Notes under the pieces: model-generated
Seen by the model: only the letters and a program-made list of their open reading frames with translations
Told to the model about the DNA's origin: nothing
Database searches by the model: none
Made by a program: the position numbers and the translations under genes
From: Phoronis australis
Lineage: Eukaryota; Animalia; Phoronida
Reading direction: 5' to 3'
NCBI GenBank assembly: GCA_002633005.1
Contig: NMRA01000058.1
Span: 820,735 to 884,734, forward strand
DNA: 64,000 bases
Shown: positions 12,101 through 25,915 of the stretch, piece by piece
Layout of the letters: every line of letters starts with the position of its first letter
How positions within the stretch are numbered: position 1 is the stretch's first letter

Positions 12101-15100
12101 TTAGAGTTTAGCGACAGAACTAAAACAGCAAGAACAACAGTCTGTTAATAAGTGGCAATGTTAAACCAAATAATAAATCACCCTGAGCAGCAGCTCATTT
12201 AGTGTTGCCGATGTCACCAGTCTAAGCCACCACCATCCATTTTTCACAATCAATGCTGGTGCAACACTGAACATAATCTAATTGACTCCAGTTCCTAGGT
12301 GCTGTGAATCCTCATCACTTCAAAAGTAAAGCAGGGTCTAATCAACACCAGACCCGAGGCAAAGGTTCGGAGGATACTCGCCTAGATTTTTGACGGGTTA
12401 CACACCCATTCAGAGAATGGACTCGGAAAATGGAAGCCAGTTGTAGGAAGCTTCCATGAAAGTCATGTGACTGCATCAAAACGTTTTGATGTAGTCACAT
12501 CAGCCTTTTGCAGGGTACAAGTCTATGCCCTTTCATTGGGAAATGAATTTTTAACCCACCGACTACTAGAAGAGATGCCATGTATTGAAAAATAAACACA
12601 GCATTTACAACAGAAGTTTAAAATTATATAATATTGAAAACCTTTCTGAATATTTTGGTAGTTTGAGAAATGAGCCCTTTGGTAGTTTCAAATGCTCAAG
12701 AGTAAACCTTTTTATAGAGAATTTTGTTGCAAAAGGCCCCTTTTCATGGAAAATTTTGTTAGAAAAGAAACCCTTTTTTTAAAGAAACTGGTCATGAAAA
12801 AGCCGCCTGTATACCTCTACTATGGGAGTGGTACTGGGGATAATGGTGTCTCGTACTTTAAATGCAGAGATAATTAAAAATTTCCAGCATTTAAAGTATC
12901 TCATTATTAAACCAGTATATTTGTACAGTAAGCTGGATATCTGCACACCTGACGTCTTAGCTAAGATGGCCGTGTCTAGAAATTTTATCGGCAAAGGGCA
13001 ACAGCTCCATAACAAGATTTATGAAGGTGTGCTTTCAACTTGAGTATGAACTGCAATCACAATTGTCTGCATTAATGTTTTGGTCTGCAGCAGTGACATC
13101 TTGGCAATAACGTGCCGGTGACCATCTTAGTCAGGACAGGGCTTAGACCTTTGAAGAAACGGTCCCCAATACTACATTGATACACCAGAAAACACAAGAA
13201 TATCATGCAGGTAGTATGAAAGACAGAGAGATGTACAATAAAGAACAGAAACAAAACAAAACAACAACAAGCCACTAGTGGGCTTAACCTAGGTCAAATT
13301 TATCTGAAGCACAAAACAACTGCTGTCATATAGGCTATAGTAACTTAAATGCCTATAGGAATGTACTTGGTAATTAGACTTGTCCCATAATCCACGCCAG
13401 AGAAACTGTCTTCAAAAGAAACTGTCAAGAAGATCCATTAACAAAATTGGTAGACAGTGAGCCACAGGCAAAATGCAAAATTTCCACTACAAGACGCCAC
13501 TGCAGTCGTATCCATTCGGAAATTATTGTCAGCCACTCTGTGGCATGCAAAATATCTAATTCATCTCAAAATTGGAATGTGCTATCGTCCCTTTTAACAG
13601 AAACGTATAATCTATCAAAGAACTCAGAAGATATAGAAGAAAATGTAAACTGGGTTCGATTTGACACGTTGCCAATACGGTAGCCTCAGATTTCATTTAG
13701 CGACCTTTCTTGCCATGGTTGCAATAACAGGCCATCGTCACAGTGTTGTTTAGAAGCCACGTGAAAAACTTTGATTTCAGTACTGGGCACCGTTTCTGAT
13801 CAATTCTTTCAGTCATAGATTCACAGAAATGTCTGGGTTAATTCAATTTTACAAAACATGCCACTCCACAATCACTTCGTTGAATATCTTGGTCTGTGAT
13901 TATAATAGCTAATCATTACGTTAAATCCATTATGGTAGTTATAACACTTCTCAATACACTTGGTGATACCACACTCCAAAAGATGACAGTGATTGTCACA
14001 ACTTTCAATATCTTAAAGCCAGGCTTAAGGACACCGATGCCAAAGACAGATTTTTGATTTTTTTGCTGTGTACCCAGTATTAAAAAACAAAAGATGTTTT
14101 TCATTTTCCAAAGAAAGATCCTGCAACCTTTGTCCACAATTATAACTTGGAATGAAAGCTCCAATAAAGTGGCATAGAACATGAAAAACACTAAATTGCA
14201 TTGTTCAAACTGGTTGTCACTAAAATAGTAATCAAATTCGATGTTCGTAAAAACTTGATTTTCTGTTGACGTCAAAGCATTTTTCCTTAAGTTTCAAATA
14301 AAAAAAACAACCCGTCAACTGCTAATCACTTTGTCTATTTTTCTCCTACAAGGCAAAGCACCCTCTCCTTACCAGGCATGGCAAGACATAGACCTTTACA
14401 CATTTCCCCTATAAGGAAAATGTGACCTTTGAGCTTTGATCTAAACAAAATTATGGCCATTTCAAGCAGCAGCCAGTCTGATTTCTTGTATATTATTAGG
14501 GGCAGAGATTTTGAAAACTGTATTGGGATGAAAGACTTTATATTTCATATGTTTAAAAAGTAGTGAATCTGACTATTCTTTCCAGAAATTCTTCCAATAC
14601 TCAAAGTTAATCTGTTTAAAAGGCATTTTTTACGAGTTTTCACATTTCATGCCTCTTTAAAGTGAACCTTGCAGCCATGAACAGACCCAAATCTTCTTTA
14701 GAATTTAAGCATCTTCACCTTATTGCCATGGTTACTACCCTAGCATGGTAATCCTTTATACGAATTACACACTTTTACATGGATCACATACTTTTTTCAG
14801 AGATTACACATTTACCATGTTTTACAAGCTCGCAGCATGTAAACCGTTTAAAATTCTCACCCAGGTAGAAAGAGCTTTCTGGCTTGAGAGAAAAACACAA
14901 TACCATACTTTGTTCAACATTAATCAACCATTGAAACAACCTAGATTTAAATACCACACACAGATATAGACTTTTAAAACAGAACAACTAATCAGCAGGT
15001 GCATGGGGAATTATATGGTGAATGTCCAATCACACGTAAACTTGGTGACCTTGGGCGGTTTCTGGAAAATAGGCAGAGAAACCCATATTGGTATTCATTC

Positions 15101-15281
15101 AAGCTGTGGTTTTTAACTTGAAGCACTACTGCCAGTTAGCCCAAAAATCTGTTGACAAATATTATGATTAATTCACAATCATAAAATAAAGGTACATAAC
15201 AATAATTACCAGTTCGATTGTTAACACTTCTAGTGATACAGGACACAAATATCAACATGCTGAGGTTATTAACTTTATATA

Positions 15282-15384
15282 CCGTAATCGTTCGGGTTAA
15301 CGCCCATGCTCAGTTAACCGCCCTCCCCCGATTTTTTGGATTCGCCAATTTAACCGCCTAGGGCGTTGACCCGAACGATTACGG
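15282..15384. mobile_element. 103-bp minimal Tc2/pogo-like MITE (family copy A)
   Basis: TA|CCGTAATCGTTCGGGTTAACGCCC ... GGGCGTTGACCCGAACGATTACGG|TA. Consists only of the fused left and right ends of the long element. Confidence 0.9.
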
Positions 15385-15649
15385 TAATCTCCACTAATCT
15401 TTGGATCATTCACTCTGAGGTTTATGACTATCTGTCATGAAAATAACACAGATTCTTGTTTTTAGTCTGGTTTTAGGCCTGGGCATTACATAGCCACAAC
15501 GCTGCTTTGTTGAAAAAGGGCTTTGACAAAGTCCAACATGGACGTCTCTTGAACAAGCTGGTGGGATCAGGGGTCTGGAATGGGAGTGATTCATATTAAA
15601 TCTCAGACTTAAATGTAGACAGATTCATGGGCACATTTTAGATTTCTTG

Positions 15650-15735
15650 ACGGTCGACTATGGAGTTCGTCAGGGTCTATTCTTAGTCTAGGCCCCCTCC
15701 TTTGTAGTATTTAATGATTTGATTAACGTTACTGA
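15650..15735 (+). mobile_element. Short LINE reverse-transcriptase relic (CR1/L2-like)
   Basis: YGVRQGSIL..GPLL...NDL resembles the RT motif GVPQGSILGPLLFxxYINDL. Confidence 0.5.
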
Positions 15736-16268
15736 CAAGTCCATGGCTTGATTTGGCAACCTCAGACTTTGCTTGACGACCTGGTAAAAATTAGAAGTCG
15801 CTGGATTTTTGTAACATGCAACCACAGCAAAACTCAAGACAAACAAGAATTCCCTTGTTATTCATTTTGAAACTTGAGGCGACTTACAAACTCAAAAATG
15901 AATAACATTTTTTCCAAATACAATATCTTTGGTTCAAAACCATTCTATTTATTTCATGAAATCAGTGTAACTGCCACCCTCGGCACACATACAAGGACAC
16001 GTTTCAACTATAACAGCAAGTAAACAGATGACAGTCAGAAGTGCTCGGCAAAACCATGGCACATAATGGCACATGCACAAACAATGTCTTTTGATCTGTT
16101 TTCTCCTGGGATAAGAGCTGAATGGGGGATCAGTTGTCACTGTGCACATGATTTATCCTCATTTTTTGTGCGACTAAAAATGCTACCATGGTGGGACCGT
16201 TACATACGGTGTTTCCTTGTTTTAGCAAGGTCATCTCCCACACATGGCAAATTGACATCATGCTATTA

Positions 16269-17240
16269 CCGTAAACGTTCGGTTTAACGCCCATGCTCAA
16301 TTAACTGCCCACCCCCAACTTTAGGTAGATTTTGTACTTAACCGCCCACTGCTCGGTTAACCGCCCATCTGCGATTTTTGAAGATTTCCAGTTAAGCGCC
16401 CACCTCTCGGTTAAGCGCCCATCCCTGACTTTTAATGATTGAACAGTTAGCGCCCAGTGCTACGCAAACGCGCGATTCCCCGACTTTTAGATCGATGATC
16501 ACAACTAGAATGCAACGACGGCCTCCGAGCCGGCGGTTTGGCAATGTGAATTATAATACAAGTAACGAATTCTTGTCTCGGGTCATGGATTTACTTCAAA
16601 ATATAATACTTGAACGTTTTGTCACTTTATTTTCTTCCCAAGTTCGCAAAGTTTAAGAACACTGCCGGCTTCAATGCCTCCACTTTTAGCGACGCAGTCT
16701 GCCGTGCTGAGTTTCTGTCTGCAGTGCACTAGATAAAATACATATTCGAAAAAAATCAGGCCAGAGAAATGTGACAGTGGTTTTGCCAACCGTTTCAATT
16801 CCCTTTTGGTAGGAAGCTCTCGTATTTTGAAGAATTTCCATAACTCACAGAAAGATGTCAAATTCTCCCTATTTTGATGAGTGTAATTGCCAGGTTATCG
16901 AGGATGTGTAGCAACCAAACAGACAATGTACCTTGCTGGCCGATTTGCTGTCTCTCGGTTTCTGAATTCAAAGGTTGGATGTTTGTGTATCATCTTGAAG
17001 AAATAAAAAACTGCAAGACAAATTTTATTTTCGCTTATTGCATCTCGGACAAGTTGGCGTTAGCAGATTCCGCCAAAGTCGCTGGCGGTTCTTTATAGTA
17101 CGATTTGTTGCGACAGGCGTAACTGTGAATTATCGTATCCACCTAGCCTTTTAGCTTCAAGAATATTTTTGTTTCTACATTGGACAGTTTCAGCCTGAAC
17201 AAAATTCTTACCATTCGAGTCTGAGATAGCTACGACGTAA
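16269..17240 (+). mobile_element. Tc2/pogo-like MITE, older right-truncated copy B
   Basis: TA|CCGTAAACGTTCGG start. Colinear with copy C and the reverse complement of 58170-59174, but visibly more diverged. No right TIR. Confidence 0.8.
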
Positions 17241-17879
17241 CTGATTGAAAATTGGCGGCAGGTTCTTAGGCTATGGAACTATCTTGAATCTATGGATATC
17301 TTTATAACAAAGTACCCGTGCAATTTTTAAATCAAATGTTTAAAAGTCTTTCACTCAGTTGTACCGGCTTTGTCAACCTTTCGTTGGATATCTTAACTTT
17401 AATCATATTCTAACACAGGGAGCTCTTTCAGAGCCCGCAGGAGGTTCTTACAGGAAAATTAACAGGATCTTTCAGAAACTTAAATGTACTATGGCCTCAT
17501 TCAACTGTGGAATTCAAAAGCACTGTAATAAAAAGTAAGACACTGGTTTTGAGATTAGAAAATACAGCAATTAGAGATGGTTGTATTGGAGGCATTGATT
17601 TGTTCCTTATATCAGGTCATTCAACCAGTCTAGTAATTATTTAGTTATTCACATTTAATGCCTTGGCCCCCATGAGCAACTTTTCCATCAAGGCGGTGGC
17701 GTGAAAAACAATTTCAAAGGTGAATTTGAGCCGCACATTATGTTTTCATCAATTTTTGCAAATTTATACTTATTTGGTTCACGTCAGCACCACTGAAGTA
17801 CAAACGCAGATCTCAGGGTACAGTACTTGTTACTAATACAGATAAATGATATTAATCCCCAGTGTGTGACATACAGAAA

Positions 17880-18912
17880 CAGCAAACACCGTACTTCCAA
17901 TCTACAAGTGTATGTCTGCCTATCTCTTTCATCTTCTTATGAAATTGACGTTTAGGATTCCATTTCAAAGTCAATAATAAATGATAATGTACCGAGTTTT
18001 GATCTATTTTTCACAGCAAAGTTCCAGTCTTGCAAAAAACAATCTGTAATTCACTGCTCAAAAATGACGAGAAAAGATTTTTCACGGCCAACTCCCTGAA
18101 TTGTATCATACCATTCCAACGCCATATCTTTGCAACAAATACCTAACAGATGAAGCCCAATTTGTCCAACTGGTCTTGTCCAATTTGACAAGCATGACAT
18201 AACGATCTTGGGTTTTGATGTGCTGGAATTTTTAATAACTTTAACCAATGAAAGTTTAACCAGTTGGATATCTTTCAGTTTTCCCAGTATAATATTATTT
18301 AAGCATATACTTCCATCTCCCAACAGTTGCTTACAGAATTGCAATGGCAGGCCCTCCATACTAGCATATTCTTTAAATCCCAGGTAAACCTCACTGCGTT
18401 AGCTAATGATTGGGCATACCATTTTATCACATAACTCCAGCATCATATTTTGAATGAAGTTGTTATTTATGTGTCTAGGCCCAGATGCCGGCTGACTTTT
18501 AGTTTCAGGCCAAGAGCATAACAATTTCCAAATTGATTTGAGCCATGCCAGAAACCATTACCAACAATAAACCTCAAAGATTCAATCGAAGATAGAGGCA
18601 AATGTAAAAAATGAACTTGCCACTATCAGGCACAGCGGTAGCTGGATCTGTTTGAAAGAAGTTGTCATCTGTTGCCACATTCATAGGAATACAACAGCCA
18701 AATTTCACAAAAATTGCTATTAGGAGACAGATGTGAATGCAACAACAAAAATTGTCACGAGAGGGGAACCACAGTAGTAGAACCCAAAGTCACTTGTGCT
18801 GTTTTCAGTTGGAAAACGTCTTCCAATTTTCTTAATAATCCTTTCAGCATTATGCCAGATAGTGAGGCTGTTATAAAATTGGTCTTGAATCTTTCCATAG
18901 TCCGACTGGAAA
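17880..18912 (-). mobile_element. Degraded non-LTR retrotransposon ORF2 (RTE-X-like), interrupted by MITE copy C
   Basis: Broken frames give LELCDKMVCPIIS*RSEVYLGF, LQFCKQLLG, NNIILGKL, NW, QGVGREKSFLVIFEQ*ITDCFLQDW. These match the post-RT pattern LFDxxVxPILxYGSEVWGF...FCKxxLG...QGVGxxxxFLxxFKQRLxDxFxQxW. It probably continues to ~20800. Confidence 0.62.
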
Positions 18913-18914
18913 TA

Positions 18915-20716
18915 CCGTAATCGTTCGGGTTAACGCCCATGCTCAGTTAACCGCCCATCCCTGACTTTAAGTGGATTTTCGATTTAACCGCCCATTGCTC
19001 GGTTAAGCGCCCCCCTGCGATTTTTGAAGATTTCCAGTTAAGCGCCCACCTCTCGGTTAAGCGCCCATCCCCGACTTTTAAAGAATGAAGATTTATGGCC
19101 TAGTGCTAAGGAAACGCGCGATTCCCCGACTTTTAGAAAAAGATCGATGATCACAACGAGTGCAACGACGCCGGGACTCCGAGACGGTGGTTTAGCAATC
19201 TGAATTACAATACAGGTAACGAGTTATTGTCTTGGGTCATGAACTCACTTCAAAAATATAATACTTGAACCTTTTTGTCACTTTATTTTCTTCCCTAGTT
19301 TGCTAAATTTAAGAACGCTGCCGGCGTCAAAACCTCCGCTTTCAGCGACTTTGTCTGCCGCGCTGAGTTCTGTCTGCAGTGCACTAGATAAAACATATAT
19401 TCGAAAAAATCAGGCCAGAGAAATGTGACAATGGTTTTGCCAACCCTCCAAATTCTATTAAGGTGGGAAGCTCTCGTATTTTGAACAAATCTCACAACTC
19501 ACGGAAAGATGTCAAATTCTCAATATTTCGATGAATATTACTGCCGGGTTATAGAGGATGTGGGGCGACCGAAGGGACAGTACAAGTGCCTTACTGGGTT
19601 ACCGATTTCGTTGCTGCCTGTCGATTTCTGAATTCAAACGTTGGCAATAATGTATGTTTGTGTATGATCTTCAAGNAAAGAGGCCGTTATATTACTTGAC
19701 GGCATTTCCAAGTCACGATTGTCAGCCGACTGAGACATTGCGCGATAACAGCGGGACCGAACAGTGCCGCAGTGCGATATTACAAGTGATATAAATAGGA
19801 TAATCTGGACATCTTGCATGAAAAATATATGTTTTTCCACTACGAAGTTTGGTAAGGTGATCGTTTAAGAATAATGAATTGAAACATTGCTGTTTTCTGA
19901 CATTTTGTAACATATTTATGCAGTTGCTTGAAATTTTATTTTTGATCGACGACTGGCTCGACCACCCCCGATCCTTGTTTTACTTCTTTGCATAGCATGT
20001 TTGGCGCAACGGCAAGAGAGCAATGCCGGGTTGTCGAGATAAGACAGCTAGCCGCAGAACCATACGCTGAAAATGTCATTGAGTCACGGAGTGTCGACTA
20101 TAACATCCCAAGCACAAAAAAACAGCAGAGTTAAGTTTTTCAAACTTTTATTACAACCAATTTTAAAACTGCTCTCTGACTCAGAACTTGACAGCTACAT
20201 ATAGTATGAGACTGTAACCATAAATTTGATGTCTGACCTCTGCAACACGTGAAGCTTGCACGCGCGCACTTAAGCAGGGTCACATCTTGAAACAGTTTTA
20301 ATTCTAGTGGAGGCTGCGTGGTGACTGGTCGTCTGCGCACCGCAAGACGGCTATTACTCAGCAATTTAAATTTGTAAATTTAATTGTGAATGACTAATCT
20401 GAGGGCAAGAGAACCTTTGTTGGGATCATCCGCTGTTATGACGTTTTCACAGTCATTTGGCGACGTGACGATAAAGCTCTTTGAAAAGGGCTACGCCTTC
20501 CGAGTATGATTGCTGTGTCGGGATTTAGATCGCCAGGTAAGATTAACCGCCCAGGGCGGTTGTCTGTCGTAATAAGCGCCCATGTTCGGTTAACCGCCCA
20601 TCCCCTACTTTAGGTGGATTTTCGATTTAACCGCCCACTGCTCGGTTAACCGCCCTCCCCCGATTTTTTGGATTCGCCAATTTAACCGCCCAGGGCGTTA
20701 ACCCGAACGATTACGG
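18915..20716 (+). mobile_element. Tc2/pogo-like non-autonomous element, copy C (gap at 19676)
   Basis: 24-bp TIRs CCGTAATCGTTCGGGTTAACGCCC, TA target duplication, and multiple subterminal TTAA(C/G)CGCCC motifs. Near-identical to the reverse complement of 56765-59174. Confidence 0.92.
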
Positions 20717-22699
20717 TAAGTAATTTCCAGACTTTCAAATTCAGAGTTTGATATTCCTACAGACATTGGCTTTCAGAAGTTTGCTCATCATTTGCCGTTA
20801 CCATAGTTTGTTGAGTAAATGTGCAAGTCGTTTACTTGGTCAATTAAAAAACATTGGCTGAGCAATTAAAATGGAATTAAAAAAATTCACAAGGATGGAC
20901 ACTTAACCAAGGCTAGGCAAGTGCCCGGTATGGTTCCTATACGGATAACTTGGTTGCAATGAGGTCAACGTCGTGATTGTTTGTGCAAAGAATTGCAAAA
21001 CTAGAAAATGTCAGCATTTCTTTTGCAACAAAAACACATTATTCTTACTTACTTCTACAATATTTCTGTCAAATATATGAAGACTTAATACTCACAACAA
21101 GTAACAACATGAGGACATCCATCAAATGAATTGTCGTTATGTAGGCTGGAAGTTGCTGTTCAAAGATATCTATTCAAATATTTTTGGATCAGCGGTTTTA
21201 GTATATTGGAGATTTTATAAACCTGACATCCCCTTGATTAATTAATGAAAAACACCCACAAAATAGAGATAATATATACACTTTCTGACACCTGTAGATG
21301 TTTGGAGCAGTGCATGCCTGAAATAATTTTTAGTTAGTGTTTGATTAAACCCAATCAAAACTGAATAAAAATATTTGGTATTCTTCAATTTCAGACAAAA
21401 CTGCCAAAAGTACCTTTTCCAGTTTTCTTACTATAACTTCTAGCTTCGACCTATACATTCATTTACCTCACTGCGAGACTGCGTATAAAGAGCTCTTTTC
21501 AGCCACATATTCTGAACACTTTTTAGCATTTCATTCTCTTTTGTGTTCTCGCGGTGATGCGATATGGCGCGAAAAGGCTACTTCATTTAACGGCGCATAA
21601 AACGACATTTCAATGATTAAATAGTGTTTTCTTACATTGCTAAAGAATGGCTGGGACTATCTGGGCAGCCCAAATACATATAAATAACAAACATACCTTC
21701 AAAAAGGGTTCTAAATATCCACACAAGGTATGAGAATTGTGGGCTGGGTGATAAACTTTAGTCCAACAAAAATTTCATCAACATCTAACCACACAGATTA
21801 ATTAAACTACATGGAAAAGGTCTATACTTCACGTCACCCTGGCCTATATGCTATCATTAATTTTACAAATTTATTGAAATTGCATAAAAATATCCTGATA
21901 TTTACCATTTATACTTGATTACAAATTTGTGATACTTTAGTTAGAAATATCTTGCTAACTGGTTATTAAATACCTTGTTATTCATAAACAGCAAGCACTA
22001 TACCAAATAACATTTACTGTTCAGCAAACAAAAGTGTGACATTTAGATCATCCAATGGAAAGCCTCGTAACAAAACACTTTACCCACGCGCATTCAATGA
22101 CACATGCGAGATGGTGGACTTTAGCTAGGTTGAGGCCCAGATAGACAATCATTCGTTTAGACCACAAAATGTTGGAGACAAAATTATCCTCAGATACAAA
22201 ACAACTTTCAAGTTTACATAGAACCTCATTGACAAGTCTGTGTATAGATTATCTAGATGCATCTTCAAAATCCTGCATTCCAAGACCATTTTCTGCAATG
22301 TCACGAACGTAAAATCACCCATCACGCGATTGCAAGTGTTGGAGTCCCTTTCGATTGCATTCCAGAAACCTGTTTTGAATGAGCAGCAAACAGGGTCACG
22401 CCGCATGCTTCACTTGTTTGCACGACTTTCCTGTTATCTCCCTTAATTTGTCATTCTTCGCACCATTTCACACCTGCCATGTCCCACTGTGTATGTCTCC
22501 AGCTTTTGCTCTGTCAGGTGGTGTTACTGCGTCATTTTATTTCTACTTGAGAATGAGACAAGTATGTTTCGAAATATTGTGTCATTTAAACACGTCTCTT
22601 GGTCAGTTGCTTTACCAATGTTCTGTTGACTGTCGAAATTTGTTCCGAGGATACGAACGGAACGGAATACAGATTGTTAGTAACAACAGGTGTCGTGTA

Positions 22700-23869
22700 T
22701 AGGCCTTTTGCGAGTTTATAACAATAACGCGAGATTATGTGAGACTTAACTGTGACGTCACGGGAAGTGGGGCAAAAGCTTGTCGTTTGGTCATTTGCCC
22801 AATACGGTAGCAGAGTGTATTCTGTTATTGTCTTCGAATTTTTAGCCGTTTATTTCGAAAAATGTCCAAAAGCATTGTTGTTATGGCAAATGAACTTCAG
22901 ATTCGCACTACAATACGTTCTATCGCGTTCTGTACTAATTTCGTCCCGTGTATTTTAAACGGCGGTAGGCGAAATCCGCTCACTGATAAAGTTTTCACCT
23001 CGTCAAAAATACATTCTACACCTGAAATTAGCACCTAAAAGGCTCTTACTTTCTTCAGTGACTCTTTCTGCTTCTAAACATATCTTCGATGAAGCATATA
23101 TATGGGAATTCAGGTGACTTTGGCGAAGAATTCCAACTCCACTTTGTGGTTACTGTTAACTTTGTCCGCGCGCGCGATAACCACAATTAAGTATTTCAAC
23201 TGAGTCAGGTGAGTATGAGGCAAAGGCTAGCGCGAGACTGAGCGAAGCGCGAGATCTGGCGCGTGACCTGGCGCGTGACACTTGCAAAATAGCATGAGAA
23301 AATATCAAGTGAAAATTGTAAGATTTGTGTCCCTTGCACTTTTTGTTCGTCAACAGGCGTGATTTCACGTAACTTCCTCAAAATGGCGGCTAGTGAGAGA
23401 AACTCGAGAGAACCGCGAGGTTTTCATGAATATGCTCAAGTTATTTGTAGACTAAATTGTGTCCAGAGTCAGGGTATGTGTTAATTATGACTTCCTGTGC
23501 AGATATGCATGTTTCATTTTATTTTATTTCCTGTATTTTGAAGTGAATATCTTTTTACGGGGATACACTATCGCCCCTGTATGCCTGCGCCATTCAGGCC
23601 TAGAGCGGGTTAAGTTCCAATTTCAGTCCGTTCACAGCTTCGCACAACATAACAAGTTCACATTTTCTTCGTCCATTCACAGTTATTCCACGACCCATCT
23701 ACCATATCTTAAGTTATTTTAACGTTTTAAGCGTAAAATTCACCATAAGAACTCCAGTAAGTTTTAGCGTTTGCAGCAAAGACTCGGGGCAAAACAAGAG
23801 CAATATGGCGGGTTTTGCCCCCTTTCCGGTGACGTCACAGTGACTAACGAGAAACTCGCAAGTGAGCTA
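22700..23869. mobile_element. Degenerate non-autonomous TIR element (TAG..CTA ends, superfamily uncertain)
   Basis: Inverted blocks tag...ttgcgagttt / aaactcgcaa...cta and ctgtgacgtcac.ggaa..ggggcaaaa (22750-22777 vs 23813-23840). No clear TSD. Confidence 0.45.
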
Positions 23870-24455
23870 TTCAACCAGTTTTGCATATCGGAAAACATGC
23901 TCCCTGAGTACAGCCAGTATTTAACTAGGTAAATATTTAAAAAACATATGTTTTAACTCTGCAGAAGTGCATCTTTTCTTGACAGTAAAAAGTCAGTAGA
24001 ATTGGATTTTGACTTTCACCAACTCTGCCATTAATTGTGTCACGTGATAATGTCTGTTAAGTAAAACTTAGCAAAAACAACCGTATCAATGGACTGATCA
24101 AATTTTATTTAATATTCAAGATCTCAAAAAATTGAGTCTTCTAAAATATCTTGTTGCATCACTGATAAGTTGCATCTACAAATTACACCCCATTCACCCC
24201 ATCACATGCACATAGTGCTTTGTTGTACCCTTTGTGTTCCAATGCAATTAACCTAGTAATGTGAAATAGAAATAATGACAGGCGCACTACTTTCTAACAA
24301 AGATTTATACTCTAAATTGTCTTTATCAGTAGGCTTGATTTGCTGCTTGACTGGGGCCTACCTTGCTGTAGCCAGAATCCCTTTAATGTCCCAACAGACA
24401 AGGCAGGGTAAAGCACCTCACCTAGCATAGTCTTGGTGTAGCAAGGTCTGTAAAG

Positions 24456-25915
24456 CACGGCTGAGAAACAACATGACCGCCGGTCCTGTTAAATCGGACC
24501 GACTCACCCAAAACAGGACCTCCGGAGATCAAATGCGACCGTCGCACCAGAAAATGGGACTGACGCACCTAAAAACATGACCGTCCCACCAGAAAACAGG
24601 ACCGCCGGGGACTGAACATGACTTACTTAAGGGGATTGAAACCGCAGTGACAAACAAGTGAAGATTTATTACCAGTAGGCCTACACAGATCATACAATGG
24701 AGCGATATACGTATGCATATGCAGGTCTCGTGCCGATTAATCCAACAAAATCTTTTGTGCGCTACAGGACACTTCGCTTTGTAACATGCGGCGCTTTTGA
24801 GTTTTAACCACAAACTCACCACGTTGCACGCTTTTGAGCTAAATAATTATAACTTTATCCACTGCGTAAGTTTTAGAACAAAATGAAAATCGTTTTCTCC
24901 AATTTGACGTTTTAGTCAAGAAAAAATAACGGGCGATCTGGTTCTCAGGTGAAGCATCATAACTAGCCTTTGTGCGGCAAAGCAGTATACTAAATATACA
25001 GCTTGGCGCCGATGTGGGTAAAACACTGAACATATAAAATCTTCAACGAATTAGTGTTATTAATGACACTCTTCCTTGAGTAAACTAAATTATTTATCGG
25101 CGCTCACCGGGAAAAATTGTCATTCTGTCGTTATTCTGCTGCTAAAATTGAGATGCGTTCTTTTAGGTCGGCTTACATTGACCAGTTCCTTAATTTTTTC
25201 ACCGATTCTTCAGTCAGCTCTTCTTCTCTTCTACGAGGTTGCATACATGGCACAACAAATTATCAGAACTGGTTTCATTTTGTCATAAGTTTTTAGTATT
25301 TTAATACCAGCAAATCGAATTTCAGAACAAATCGTGGTGCTGCGAAGTTGAGTCATTATCTTCCGAAAGACGTCGCAAAATTTTAGGACATGGCGCGTGC
25401 TCATGTCATGAGCGCAACAGACTTTTTTGTTACATTAGGCAAACAAAAGACGTTCATTAGATTGTTTTTCACTCAAGCGGCTGCAACCTGCAAGGTGAGT
25501 GTTGATTGACTCCCCAGATTTTGCATGCGCCTGCTCTGCTCGCTAGCTCTACATGTTGATATAAGTTTCACGACAAGGTGACGAGCAGAACTATACCCGG
25601 GCTGTGGGAAATTTCGGGGATGTAATGGAGCTCAATAACGCAGTGCTACCAAGCTTTATTTTGGCGAGTCTTTACACAGCTAGCTGACCCGTTACGTAAT
25701 CACAAGCAGTATCATACATTAGACATCGATAACTACACATTGTCCGGCTGTCATGTTCAGTCCCCGGCGGTAATTTTTTGTGGTGGGGCGGTTATGTTTT
25801 TAGATGTGTCAGTCCCATTTTCTGGTGCGACGGTCCCATTTGATCCCCGGAGGTCCTGTTTTGGGTGAGTCAGTCCGATTTAGAGGACCGGCGGTCATGT
25901 TGTTTCTCACCCGTG
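24456..25915. mobile_element. Non-autonomous DNA transposon, CAC..GTG termini, ~165-bp TIRs, 5-bp TSD (Transib/RAG-like or CMC-type)
   Basis: TAAAG|CACGGCTGAGAAACAACATGACCGCCGG ... CCGGCGGTCATGTTGTTTCTCACCCGTG|TAAAG. TIRs at 24456-24622 and 25750-25915. Confidence 0.88.

Noticed and set aside
16269-16425. Regularly spaced TTAA(C/G)CGCCC repeats as CRISPR-like array
   Set aside because: 10-bp subterminal motifs of a eukaryotic Tc2/pogo-like MITE, with spacers conserved between copies and no cas genes.
22360-22500. Possible piggyBac Cys-rich tail on the minus strand
   Set aside because: Requires several frameshifts and substitutions of key Cys. Not supportable by eye.
23160-23609. TTAA-flanked segment ending GGG|TTAA as piggyBac MITE
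   Set aside because: The two ends are not convincing inverted repeats.
23920-24031. MAELVKVKIQ...KKRCTSAELKHM as C7orf25 first exon
   Set aside because: In-frame TGA and too short. Chance resemblance.
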